Assembly (NCBI RefSeq): GCF_009914755.1
Contig: NC_060930.1
DNA from: the human T2T-CHM13v2.0 reference genome, Homo sapiens
DNA length: 64,000 nucleotides
Strand: one strand, 5' to 3'
Within the stretch, counting starts at the first letter, position 1; the number at the start of each line of letters is the position of its first letter. A program made the translations under genes and the position numbers. This document shows, in pieces, positions 37,141-50,190 of the stretch. Under the pieces are notes generated by a model. It searched no databases and had not been told where the DNA came from. It worked only from the letters and a program-made list of their open reading frames with translations.

Positions 37141-39656
37141 AGCCTGACACCATCCAGTAGCATCAGTGTCTGATGCATCTTTCCCATGGCAGTGGGTTCC
37201 ATGCACTTTTCCTAACAGGGAGCTCTGGGAAGGCTGCCAGAAGAACTGGACAGTGTCACAAGCTACTCGAATGTAAAATTGTAAAATTTGGGGAAGGGAG
37301 AAGGCTTCCAAGACAGACCTGGACTTGGATTTCTTGCTGTTGGAGTTCCGGCAAGGCACTGAACCTACTTAGGACTCATTGGCCTATCTGTAGAATGGGA
37401 GCAATCTAATATTTATGGCCGAGTTGTGGCGAGAATGAGAGAGCCTATAATAGAAGCTGTCAGATTGTGCAGTCCAGGAGAGGGCGGAAGCCAGAGCTCA
37501 TTCCAAGGATGTAACTGGGGGGTCAGAGCCTGGTCTCCCTGCCCAGGGCCTTAGCCACCATTCCCTTTGCTGCCTGGGCTGCTGTCTGTGACATCCTACC
37601 TTGCGTGAGGTCTGATGACAGAGCCTGGGGAGCTATCCCCACTATAAACAGTCAGGCCCTGAGTTTCTCCTGCCAACCTGGTGCCTTGGCCCTGTGTGCC
37701 CTGCAGCCGGCCAGTCCTCTGTCTGCAGAGCAGGGATGGAGATGAGAGGGGCCTGCCCAGCTTCCTACAGACCTCACAGTTGTGCAAGGCCGCCTGAGTC
37801 CAAACAAACCGCAAACCTACCGCTTCCCTGGCAATTGCAAGCATTCTGGCCAGCAGGTGGCCAGGCTGTCACTGCTAGGGACAGCCAGGGCCCAGGTCCT
37901 AGAAAAGGCCTGCCTGACCAGGAGGGAAACTAGACTCATGTCTGGGCCTGACAGGATGGAAAGAGCTCCAGGCAGAGAGTCAGGAATCCTGAGTTCTAGT
38001 CCTACTTCCCCTACCAACTCACTGTGGGACTTAGGGCAGGTCCCTTCCCTTCTTTGGGCCTTAGTCACCTCAGCTGAGTCTGAGGAGTTTGGTTATGGTT
38101 GTCCAGGGTGCCTTCTGTCTTGGTGTTCTGGGAGTATGAGTTGCTGTCACCTGGAGGCCCTGGAGAGGTTGTGCAGCCTTTCCCTAGCCTTGGGACAAGG
38201 GGCACGCCAACCCCTCTTCATTCATTCAGTATCAGCTCCAACTTCAGAGAGCAAACCACAGGCAAGAGAACAACTATGTTTGGTTAAACATGACTGTGTA
38301 AAAGTGAGGAAGATCTTTTTGGCTCTGACTTGGAAGCTTCCAGTTGCTACTTCATTTATTCATTTAATGAAATTGAAGACTAAATTCAGTTCATTCATTT
38401 GTTTAACAAATCTTATGGGGCAGCTACTGCAAGCCAGGCACTGTGCTAGGACCTGGGATTTGATGGTGAACCAGGTAAGCAGGGTTCTGGTCCTTAGCAG
38501 AGCTTACAGGCAGGCCTGGTCTCTTTTTCCTGGGAAGCTGGGATACAGCTGGCCCATGAGCAGTATTGATAATAAGCCCAAGACCCACTGGGACCTCTGT
38601 CCATCCCAACTGTGTAGAGAGCCCTGTCCTAACTACTGAAGGGGAAGTGGAGGAGACAGCAAATGCATCCTGGCCCCCAGGATGCTCCCATGCTGTGCAG
38701 TTCCCCGCCCTGCTCCTTTGCAGCAGGTAGGAAAGCCAGCTGATTCCTCAGGGACCCATAGAAGCCATGTGTCAGCAAGCATAAGCCAGGCCCTGACTCA
38801 AAGGGCTCTGGGTGAGGGCAGCCTGCAGTTCCCAAGGAGGAGCCACCATTTCCTCCAGGGCCTCTTTCCTGGCTTTTGGGCTAATTCAGTATTCAGTGAG
38901 AAGGGGGTATAGATCAGGGGTTGGGAGAATGGCAGCTGGACATGGAACCATAACCCTTTGGGTCTGGGGGAACTGTTGGTGGGTGTGATCATGCCCTGGG
39001 TAGGCTCTGGGTCTTTCCAGAACCTGGAAAGGTGGAGCGGGTCTGCCCTGGCCCATGTGAGCCATTGACCCCTTGATGTTCCCACAAGCAGAACCCTACC
39101 CCAACACCTAGTAGAGGCAAGGATGTTAGCAGAGGGCTGTCCTGCCCCAGGGGGCTTGGCCCATGAGGGGGTGCCTTGAATAGGGGTAATGGGGATCTGG
39201 ATCAAGCGCCCTCCCTCTATGCTCATGGCCAGTTTGGCTATCTGCTCTCCCTGCCTGGCCTTCCAAGCTCCCAGGTAAGGGATGCCGAGGCCCAGGACAG
39301 GCATCTTGCTTCTGCTTTCCCCAAACTCCTTCCACCAGACTCCTGTAAGAGTCCAGATGGGCAAGCACTGAAGGCCCCCTTCTCTTTTTTTGTCCCCTCC
39401 CCATCACTTATCTTTCAATAATCCCCATCTTACTTAGGCCCCTGCTGAGCTCGGCTTTTGGGGCAGTTTTAGACAGCATATTTAGTATTGTGTCAATGTT
39501 AGCTAAACTGATGTAACTTGGGGAAACTGAGTTCCAGAGGGAAGACAAGGGCTTGCCAAAGTTCACTCATCCAGCCAGGGCTGAGCTGGGACCAGAACCC
39601 AGCTTTCCTCAGGTCCCCAGGCTGGCTGCCTCCTGGGCTTCCCACAAAACTCTAGG

Positions 39657-39811
39657 CAGGATCAGCTGCAAAACTCGTGGTGCCCACTACAAAATGAAAA
39701 TGGCAGACCATTTGTTCAAAAACAAACAATTTCAAGATGGTGACAGTAGAACATTAAACCAAGTGTGGGGCTCTTGACTGAGCCCAAGCTGCAGTCTGAG
39801 AAGCTGGCCCT
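39657..39811 (-). mobile_element. MER45A-like hAT-Tip100 MITE
   Basis: CAAAATGAAAATG...TTGTTCAAAAA...ATTTCAAGATGGTGACAG...CATTAAACCAAG...GAAGCTGGCCCT. Confidence 0.75.
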
Positions 39812-41379
39812 TATTACCCTAGGGGTGGGGAAGGAGGAGAGGGAGACCCCCTGCCAGATCGCTCCTGGGCGGTCAGAGGGCACGTGCCTCACCACTGGAA
39901 GGTTCCCTGAGCCAGCCAAGGCCTTCCTATTGCCAAGATGGGTAAAAGCCACAGTTTAGGGAGCCCTCCGGCACAGAGTCACTGCAGTGCAATGCCAGGC
40001 CTCCAAAAGATAGGGGCAAGACAGACTCAGAAGTGTGTCTTTAGAGTGGCTAACTGCCTTAAACATCCCCTGCTGGAAAGTTCTTGGGGGCCCAGGAGGG
40101 ATTGGAGGTGCAGCCGCCACCACCAGCAGGGGCTTCAGGCTGAGTGATGAGGGAGGTGCAGAGGGGAGGAGGCTGCACAGTTCCTACCACCTTATGCAAG
40201 AGGGAGAACAAAGGGGCTTTGCTGGGAGGTATTAGAAGATTAAGTGGCTGAGTCCAGGACAAACTCAGCAAGCCCCTTGGGACCTGAATTAGCAATAGCA
40301 ACTGAAAGCGGGGAATTAAAGCTCCTGGCCTTCGAGCAGAGGCCCCCCACCCCTTTTAGTCTCTGCCTGGGCCTCCTCAGAGAGCTAACCTGCTGCCCTG
40401 CCTGAGTTCTTGCCTGGGGGCTGTGTGAGGGGCTGTTCCTTCCACCCAGAGGCAACTGGAGCCTTCCTGGGGAAGGAGCTGCCTGACCCCTGACCCCTGA
40501 CCTTTGGGCACAGGCTCCGAGCAGGCTGGGTGGCCCAATTTGGACTCAGAGCTGAGTCCCGCCTCTCGACTCCACACTTGGCTGAGCTGTGAGTTTGAGA
40601 GAAACCACTGCTCCTCTCTGGGCCTCTCCTTCCTGCTAATAAAGTGGGAATCTGGGGCCATGGACTCAATGGCCATCCCAAGGAGTCCTTGAACTGGTTC
40701 CATCAGGCATCAGGGAAGCCTCCTCTCAGTCACATGAAGCCTGATGGACAGGAGTGACCCTATCACAGCTGGGACTTTGAAATCTTAAGTGGATGGATGT
40801 GTGATCAGTCCAAGCAAAGGAGAAATTCTTCAAGTTCCCACAGTCTAGTCCCTACGGACCTTCCCGGTTCTGTCTCTTAGTGCTTCCCGTGTTACAGTTT
40901 TCGCCGCAGCAATAGCAAGCTGCACGCGCACTGCGATCTCCTCCCTTTGAACTTTTGTTCCTGCTCTTCCCAGGTCTGGAATTCCCTTTCCAGGCTTACG
41001 CTTCATTTCTCAAGGTCCCCTCTGGCAAGGCCCCTGGAATCCTCCCTCAGGCCCCTCCTCACTCTATGGGTGCATTGACCAATTTCACAGTATGCTTTGT
41101 GTCTGTCTGTCTCTTCCAAGAGACTACAAACTTCTTGACAGCTGGGGCCTTGAATCCTCAGGCTCAGCACAACTGCTGGTGCACCGCAGGTGCCTGGCCA
41201 ACATGGGACATGGGCCCAGAAACACAGGGATGGCCCGACACCTTCAGTGCTCATCATGCTTAGGGGAGATGAGGATGACACGGCAGCAGTTATTGAACTG
41301 CCTGTGTGTTGATGGCAGAGGTGAGAATTATTACAGGGCAACATGAAAATATGAATTGGGGGGCAGTCTGTAAGTAAAG

Positions 41380-41790
41380 ATGTCCCAGAGAGTTTTGATG
41401 TGAAGGTGGTGAAGAGCATTCCAGGCAGAGGGAACCAAAGACCAAAGTGGGGGTGAGGAGAGGGGGAGCAGGAGCTGGGAGTGGCTGAGAGGGTGGAAGC
41501 TGTGGCTGGGGTGGGCAGGCCAGCCCCTCCTATGCTTTGGAAGGGATTTTAGACCTTATTCCAAGAGCAATGCAAAGCTAGCTATTAAAGGGGTTTAGGC
41601 AGGGGAGTGAGCAAGGTGATGAGATTTGCATTTCTAAGAGATCACTTTCTCTGCAGCGTGGAGAGTGGATTAGGAGGGACAAGAGGCTATTGCTGTCATG
41701 AGAGGAGACAGAGAGGGGAATGGACAAATTGAGAGATTCAGGGTCGGAGCTGACAGAACTTGGAGACTGACCGGATTTGTAGGGAGAGGG
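41380..41790 (-). mobile_element. L2 fragment
   Basis: GAAGAGCATTCCAGGCAGAGGGAAC; GATCACTTTCTCTGCAGCGTGGAGAGTGGATT. Confidence 0.75.
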
Positions 41791-42214
41791 AGAAGGAAGT
41801 GGGGCTCTCCACTCACCAGCTCGTCCCTCACAAGGGGCAGCAGGTGGTGCTGGTCAGACCAATGTGTGTGTATTATGCACTGTGGACCACGCGAGACGTG
41901 GCATGGGTAGGTGTGGCTACAGCCAGCCTCCCTCCTCAGAGCAGCCCTCTTCACTGAGCTCCAGGGGGTGGGAGTGAGGCAAGGCTGCAGCTGCCCTGCT
42001 GTCCGCCACTGTCAGAGTGCCAGGACACCTGTAGGTATGTGTGGGAGGACCCAGAAATCCACGTGGCATGGATATTACACATGCTCCCAGACTCACAGCT
42101 CTATTCACACACTGGCTTAGATATAAACATGGGCCATGTGCACATACCAGACACCCAGATTTCCATAGCGCATGCCCCAGACATGCACAGGTTTCCATGT
42201 ATACACAGATCTAT

Positions 42215-42480
42215 TAATGATGTTGTAATAATAACCAACATTTATTGGGTGCTTGATATGTGCCAGGTATTATTTTAAACACTTCATATGAATTGCTATT
42301 TAGTCCTCACAACAACCATATGGGACATACGAATCATTATCTCCGTTTTAGAGATGAAGACACTAAGGCCCAAAGAAGTCACATATCTTGCCCAAGGTCA
42401 TGTGCACAGCAAGTAAGGGGCAGAAGTGGGATTTGAACTCATGCAGTCTGGCTACAGAGCCTAAGCTCCTTGTTACCACA
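42215..42480 (-). mobile_element. MIR, near full length
   Basis: AATAATAACCAACATTTATTGGGTGCTT...CCTCACAACAACC...TTGCCCAAGGTCA...GGGATTTGAACTC. Confidence 0.85.
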
Positions 42481-42559
42481 CCATTTAGTGTATTTACCAC
42501 TGATGCTCAGCTGCCGTCTGGTACACAATCCCACAGAAATGCACCAATATCAATAGAAT

Positions 42560-43085
42560 GTACTGATAATGTGTATATCATGTGTGTACTCCCAGGCATG
42601 TACACGTGGGTGCCTAAATATCATAGAGTGCATACTGTATATCATATACATACACTTATGATAAAGGCAAAAATGACTGCAGAGCTATTATGGGTGCACA
42701 CATATGTACATTCATCTACATGCAGTATACATATTCAGCTCACACATGCACATATGTATGCGTATGTATGCATATGCAAGCACATATGCAATAACACATG
42801 CACGCAAGGCAGTTTGCACTCATGCACACATATGCATGCGCACTCCACACAGATGCAGAATGCATGCAGTAGACATACTTGCACACTGGCACACACACAT
42901 GCAGAACACTTGAGTCCACGTGTACACACGCAGTAACATGCACACACAGCTCACATGCATTATGTATACTTTCTCATTTGTGTAGTACACACATGTTCAT
43001 ATATGCAACACACAGGTGGTGAACACTTGCAGAAGCATGCACACACATAGGCAGTACACACAAATACTCTCACCCTTTCTCACAC
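42560..43085. repeat. Degenerate alternating purine-pyrimidine (CA/TG/TA) tract
   Basis: CACATGCACATATGTATGCGTATGTATGCATATGC... Confidence 0.85.
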
Positions 43086-43733
43086 AGGGCAATTTATGAC
43101 CGTCCAAGCTCATGTCCGGACTTCCCATTAGCATTAATGAAGTGATGTCGCCAGGGTATTTGGAAACACTTGTCCTGCAGGGGCGGGGGTAGAGGGTGGC
43201 GGCGAAGCGGAGAGGAGAGGGAGGCCATGGTCACAGAGGAACAGCTAATTATCCGGCTGACCAAGGTTTGATTGTTTTTCCCACGCCTCTCTCCAGTGTC
43301 CCCAACCCAAGGCCAGGTTCTGGCTGTACCAGAGGGTGTTGGGGGGAGGGAGCAGGGATAGGGCAGGGGAGGGGAAAAGGGGGACAGGAGCAAATGATGG
43401 GGGCAGGCGGTAAATGACCCAAATTTCAGTGTCTTCTTCTCCCTCATCCTTTTTGCCTGGAGCTATCTGAATTGTTTCCTGAAATGGTTCAAAATTCCTA
43501 AAGGGTTGTGTCTCTGTGGCCCTTTTCTCCCCACAATCCTTGGCAAGAACCTTATATCAGAGTCAAATTTGACATCTGCGTTTCAGGAGCTTTCATTTGC
43601 TGACCCAGGGGCCATAAAAGGAGTCCTGATCCCACGCTACCACCTCAATATCTAGCACAGTACAAAAAGGCCATTCCTTCTTTCCTTCATTCATTCTCTT
43701 AGCCAATATTTATTGACCTGGAGACACTGTTCT

Positions 43734-44282
43734 TTTATTTTTTGATTTATTTTTTATTTTTATTATTATACTTTAAGTTCTAGGGCACATGTGCACAACG
43801 TGCAGGTTTGTTACATATGTATACATGTGCCATGTTGGTGTGCTGCACCCATTAACTCATCATTTGCATTAGGTATATCTCCTAATGCTCTCCCTCCCCG
43901 CTTCCCCCACCCCACGACAGGCCCCAGTGTGTGATATTCCCCACACTGTGTCCATGTGTTCTCATTGTTCAATTCCCACCCATGAGTGAGAACATGCAGT
44001 GTTTGGTTTTCTGTCCTTGCGATAGTTTGCTCAGAATGATGGTTTCCAGCTTCATCCATGTCCCTACAAAGGACATGAATTCATCCTTTTTTATGGCTGC
44101 ATAGTATTCCATGGTGTATATGTGCCACATTTTCTTAATCCAGTCTATCATTGATGGACATTTGGGTTGGTTCCAAGTCTTTGCTGTTGTGAATAGTGCT
44201 GCAATAAACATACGTGTGCATGTGTCTTTATAGCAGCATGATTTACAATCCTTTGGGGATATGCCCAGTAATGGGATGGCTG
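43734..44282 (-). mobile_element. 5'-truncated L1PA (L1PA4-7-like), ~550 bp, inserted into an L2 tail
   Basis: Primate L1 3' UTR plus ORF2p C-terminus (TCTRMFIAALFTTAKTWNQPKCPS...WHIYTMEYYAAIKKDEFMSF); 20-bp TSD TGACCTGGAGACACTGTTCT / TGACCCAGAGACTCTGTTCT. Confidence 0.95.
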
Positions 44283-47200
44283 TGACCCAGAGACTCTGTT
44301 CTAAGCAGCTCAGCAACTGCCTCAGGTCTCCTCAGTCTATGTAAAACCTTTTCCAAGCAGGAGTGAGTGTGGGCTTACCATGAACACCTCAGTTACAGAA
44401 ATGTCTCCCAAACCTTTTGAGCATTAAAATAACGATGGGAAATGACAGTAATATAAGTTCTGTAAAAGCAAATTGCCTTTGCACACCTCTTTCCCGCTTG
44501 CAGAAGTGTCTTTCACATACCTGATTCATCTGAACACACAGCAGTCCTGTGAGGTTAGCATGGCAGATACCATTCCTATTGCACTGATGCAAAAACTGAG
44601 GCTGAGAGAGAAGAGGTTTGCCTGTGGTCATGTGACTAGGGAGGACCAAGGTTGAGGCTTGAATCTTTTCAGCCACTTCTCTGTGATTCACCACATGTTC
44701 TTTATTTCTTCATGGGACTTCCTCCTGAAACATGAAATGAATTAGACTTTCTGTGCTTCTGGGGAATATTTTGATCTGAGATGCCTGGCACAGCAGTGCT
44801 AGGGTGGAAGGTGGAGGCTGTGGTCCTCAGTCACAGATCAGGAGCTCTGGGAGAAAGCTAGGTGGCTACTCTGTACCCCATGTTATTTCATGGGTGGAGA
44901 CATTGAAGTCTTTCTGAGCCTCGATGGTACAGGATGACTATGGGGTTGGGGAGCAGATTAAGGATAGAAGGGCTGGAATGGAGCCTCCACAGAGCCCAGG
45001 TATAGACACTGTCTCCAGGCAGGTGTGCCTTAGGATTTGTTAGCTGTTTTCTAAACAAGGGAAACTGTAGGCTTGAAAGTCATCAGGACGACAATATTTA
45101 TTGAACACCTATTACTATATTATGAAATCCTGAGCTTGGTACTAGATATGGTGGGGGAATCAATGGATATAGCTCTCAAGGACTGGGAGTCTGGTGGGGG
45201 AAGAAAGAGTCCCAGGCTTGGTGTCACAGAGCCTAAGCCTGAGTTCTGTGACTTAGAGGGTCATTCATTTCGTATGACCTTGATGGAAAGTCACGTTAAT
45301 CTTGCTAAGTCTTGGTAGTCTAATCCACAGAATGGTGCTCCTACCTTCCTTCAAGGCTGTTGTTACAATTAGATACGTAAAACGCCTGTCCCAATACCCC
45401 TCTCAGACATCACGCTCAATTTACCTGTCCCTTTCCTCTCGGTTTCCTGCCAGACTCTTTACTACCTCCCTTCTCCCTCCCTCCCTTCTGGCCATTTCCT
45501 CATTATTGACCACCTGTTTTGGAAACACCTGAATTCTTGGCCCAACTCTGTCAACTGCCCCACCTTCCCCAGCCCTATCCTAGCTTGAGTGGGAGTGAGA
45601 ACCCTCTTAGGAGGGGTGCTGAGCAGCACTTTGGGGCCTGGGGTCAACAGCCCTCCCCTGCAGCCTCACCCTTCACCCCTCCCCACCCCCCAGAAGCCAG
45701 GAGACCCAGAACACTCCCCTCCCTCCCTCCCTGTGAATCTGGCTTCCTCAGCCAAAGACATTGCTTTTCCAGGGAGAGACTCACTTCACCCGGCTAGGGG
45801 CTCTTAACAGCTGGTGGGGAACTGAAGCCCTTCCTTAATGTCCTTGAGGAGCCGACTCCAGAGAAAGCCGGTAGACCTAAATCTACAGGTCCACAGCCCC
45901 ACCTGTAAGGGGGTAACTTGAAAGCCCACCCTTCAGGGGATATTTGCTCTCCTCTTAACTCTGCAGCTCAGTCCTGCTAGGTGAGGATGGGGGTGGGCAA
46001 CTGTGACAAGGAGTCTTTTTCTGGCTGAACAGAAAATGACCCCTGATGAGGTCGGTGGGGTCATGATCTGTCTGTCAGACTCTGCAGAACCTGGGCAGAC
46101 TTCTCCTCTCTGCCTAGGCAGAGAGCACCCAGATGGGGATGAGGACTTCTGGGTCCCTGCCCTTGCTGGGTCACTGCCTCCAGCTGACCTCAGCTCTGCT
46201 CTGTGGACCTCAGTCTCGTGCCCTGTAAAATGGATAATACCCCCCACCCCCAGCCTGCTCAAACTGGAATGTTATGGGCTTTCTGTGAGACTATGAATGT
46301 GAAATGCCTTTAAGTGCCTGCAGTATGGTAATGGTAACTCAGGTGGAACTGGGTCCCCGTGAGGACTTAGATGGGGCTGTGGGGTTCGGTCTAGGTCACA
46401 GTGTGTTCCTGGTAGGCAGAAGGGCTGCTAATGCCGAGGGGCCACACTTCACTGGCTGTGCCCCTTTTCCAGCTGTAAAAGCTGTAAAAATGCCCACTAA
46501 ACAGAGTCAAAGATGCCTCAGAATTCTTTTCAGGGGCAGTGAGTCCTACCAATGCTGCCAATATGAAGAGCTGCCTGCCGGCTGCCTGAGTACCCTGGTC
46601 AAACCCCCTGGGCTCAGCTGTTCCCTCGGGAAGGTGGTCTGGTGGGGATCTCACAGTGTCCCAGCTTCAGGGCAGGGTCTGGCCAGGGGTACCTTGCGGG
46701 GGTGGGTGAGTGGGGGATGCCTAGAGAGAGTGGGTTGGGAGGGGACCAGCCAGGAATGTGAGGAGGGAGAGCAGAGTGTGGGAGCAAACAGTGGCCTGCC
46801 ATGGGGAGCCAGACTGTGGGTGCGGAGATGGGAAGGGGGTGGGCACTGGCTGAGAGTGAATGGAGACGAGGACAGGGGCTGCCTGATTGCTTCCTATAAG
46901 AGAATTTCACACTGGACTGTGAACCTGTCCTCCAGCATTTGACCGGCACTGGTGTGGAGTGGGTTTGGGAGGGGGCACAGGACCCTGGAATTTCTCCCTG
47001 ACCCCCAAGCCAGGCCTCTGTGCTTTCTCAAGAGTCTCACCAGAATAGCCTGAGACCTTCACGGGGAGAGCTGAACTCTGCCTGCTGTGGGTCACATGAA
47101 CTTTATACCTAAAGCTCAAGAGTTCTTTCCAAAAAAGTGCCTGGAGTGCTTATATGTGCAACTGTGCTTGGAAAATCAGGGGTACAGGGGCACTAGGCCA

Positions 47201-48483
47201 AGAAGCCTCTTCTTTCCATTTCATCCTCGCTGTACGATTGAAGGCAAATTGCCTCACCTCTCTGAGACGTTGGGTCTACTTATCTGTACAATGGGGACAA
47301 AATAACCTCTGTCCACCACTGCAAGGGATGTGGGGCCAAGGGAACCAGTGTGAGGCTCTGAAATAAACTGATAGGACCCCAGAGGTGGTCTTTGTGGGTG
47401 GGTGGGGGGCACTTTGGTGGGACGTCGGGAGGAGGGGGAGGGATGTAGAGCTTCTAAGCACCTCCTTTGCCCAGCTCACTTAACAATAAGCACATGATTT
47501 AATGCGGCCAGTAAATCCTTTTCCGCCTCCGCTTCTGAGCTACCACACGACAGGCTCATAATTCAGTTTTAAACAAGTCTAGGATTAGGGCTGCAGCTGT
47601 GGGATGCAGGGGGAGTCCACGTGTGTGCAAAGAGTGCTTCCGGCCCAGTGGGGGGGCTGAGCACGCTGCCTGCCATGCAGGAGCAGGGAAGGGGCTGGGG
47701 TTGAGTCCGTGAAGCTAGGAAGGAAGGAGGCCTGGCACCTTTTTCAAAGGGAGACCTCATGGCCTTGGGGAGTGCTTAGGGCCTTGCAGAGGAATTGCTG
47801 GAACCACAGAGTCTCAGGGCTGGAAGGGACCTTAGGCCCCATCATGCAGCCAGGCCCTGGGCCACAGTGGGAAACTTTGGAAAGGGGGAGGAGGGGAAGC
47901 CATCGTGTTGGTCTCAGTTTTCACATATTGAATTTATTTGAAGTAGGGCCTGTTTCCAAATTCCCATGAGGATGTACGTGTCAGTTTTTCAGAACCTGAG
48001 GGTTGCGGAATAAGGATGGAGAGGAATCCTGAAACCCCAGCTCAAGTTCAAGGATGAGAGGAGGTGGGAGCGGCAGGGGCAGTCTTCAAGCCCAGGAAAG
48101 GCTGTCCTGTGGAGCACAGAATGGGGTTGTGTGTGGGCCACCCCAATGGGCAGGATTAATATGAATGCGGGAGAACAACTAAGACACGGCTACCTTGAAC
48201 CCCAAGCTTTGCAGCAATAAGAGGGCTGGCCTGGGAAGTAAGGAAGTGAGCTCCCCTAGTATGGAAAGACAGCAAGTGAGGAAAGAGCACCTTCCAGCTG
48301 CTACAGAGAAGACCCAGCACTACCGAAAGGGCAGCTGACACAGCTACATGGTCAGACCGCCCTGGTTCAAATCCCAGCCTCACCAGTTACCAGCTACATA
48401 GGCCAGCTGTGAGTTCAAAGTTTGGGTACTTTGTCTCTCTGAGGCATTTGATATGAGGATTAAATAAAGTAGTAATTCAATAA

Positions 48484-48814
<331 letters not shown>

Positions 48815-48874
48815 CAAAAATATCTCTTTAATTCTCTACTCCAAAGAAACAAGATTTTCCCAGTGGACTGGCCT

Positions 48875-49100
48875 GCCCCAGGGCATGGTGGGATGTTTGC
48901 CTCAGGGCCGAAGCATAGTTTGCCCGAGGGCATAGTGGGGCATTCACCCTAGAGCAGGTTTGCCCTGGGGTGTTCCACCCCAGGGGATAGCGGGGTGTTT
49001 CCCCCAGGGCATGTCACATAATGGGATGCCATAGTGGGATGTTGGCCCCAGGGCATGGTGGGATATCTTCACCCTGGGGCATGGTAGGAAGTTTGCCCTG
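48875..49100 (+). repeat. Degenerate ~24-bp minisatellite (GGGCATGGTGGGATGTTTGCCCCA)
   Basis: Unit starts at 48881, 48905, 48928, 48983, 49007, 49051 and 49077. Confidence 0.85.
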
Positions 49101-49399
49101 CATATTGGCCTGACTTCTTTACATACTAGCTAGATCCTGGGCTCCCAGGACACCTGGTGCTTTCTTGTTTTCCTCCATTTTTTTGACCTTCTCTTTTATC
49201 TACTCTGGGGAAAAGAGATACCAGGATCTCATCCACTGCTCTGGCTCCTGCCACCACCTTTGCCTCAAGCACACCCTGCATCTCCTGTCTGAAGCCCTCA
49301 CCTGTCTCCAAGACCCCTCCCTCCTTTTCTCCCAATGAGACCTGCTCCTCCATGAAGTCAGCCCAGCCATGACTCCAGAGCCCTCTTAGCCGACAGCCA

Positions 49400-49808
49400 T
49401 CACAGAGTTGAATGCAGGGTTATTTACAGGAGTGTGAGCAGGGTCAAGGGAATCAGCGTGAGATGGAGCAGTCCAGGCAAGAGCGATGGCCAGAGACACC
49501 TCTGGGTCTGAAGGGACCGGGAGGCAGCTGCTACTGGAGCCTGGTGAAGGCCGTTGCTGCAGGAGAGGGGTCATTTGCTAGGAGCTGTGCAGCCATAGAT
49601 AGAGGGACATACCCACCGCACTGTGGTCTAGCAAGGTTGCTGGAGGTGCCTCTCTCTCCTCCCATCTTCAGATTATCTGCTGGTGCCTCCCATTGGCTGA
49701 ATTCAACCAGAAGCCACAGGGCAGGAGAGCCAGGGTGAGGCAGTCCATGGGGCCAGCTCTCCAGAACATAGAAGGGTATAAAATGAAGTCGGGGAGAATG
49801 CCAGCACA
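49400..49808. mobile_element. Ancient LTR relic (MLT1-like MaLR/ERVL)
   Basis: GGTGCCTCCCATTGGCTGAATTCAACCAGAAGCCACAGGGCAGGAGAGCC...CCAGCACA end. Confidence 0.55.
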
Positions 49809-49849
49809 AGCCCCAGCTCTGAGAATGACTGTCTTGGCGCTCTGGCCTC

Positions 49850-50190
49850 AGCCCTTCTCCCCAGCAAACATGCCCCATGTACCCTCTATGTCTCCAGCTA
49901 AACATGCCCCTGAGCTTGCACTGCTCCAACCTGCCAAGTCTGTACCTTTACAATGCTGTTTCCTGGGCCTGGAAAGCCTTCTCCTAACTTCCTGTCTTGG
50001 CTGAGGCCTGCTCTCGCTTGGGACTCTTAGCTGAGGTATTGCCCCTGTCCCCAGGCCCCGAGTCTGAGCTTTCAAAGCCCCCTAGGCCCATCTCTAGCCA
50101 GCACTTAGCTCTCCTCATGTCCTGGTTTCTTATTCTGAGGGTCTAGGAGAATGCCCAGCACACAGTAGGTGTTCATTTAAATGTTTCTTG
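49850..50190 (+). mobile_element. L2 3' region
   Basis: ATGCCCAGCACACAGTAGGTGTTCATTTAAATGTTTCTTGAATTGAA tail. Confidence 0.65.

Noticed and set aside
37782-38639. Longest ORF in the track (285 aa)
   Set aside because: It runs through MIR and L2 relics, uses a non-ATG start and has no recognisable domain. This is consistent with a chance ORF in GC-rich DNA.
43969-44316. ORF matching L1 ORF2p
   Set aside because: It is only the C-terminal ~100 aa of a 5'-truncated L1 with no promoter, so it was annotated as a mobile element rather than a CDS.
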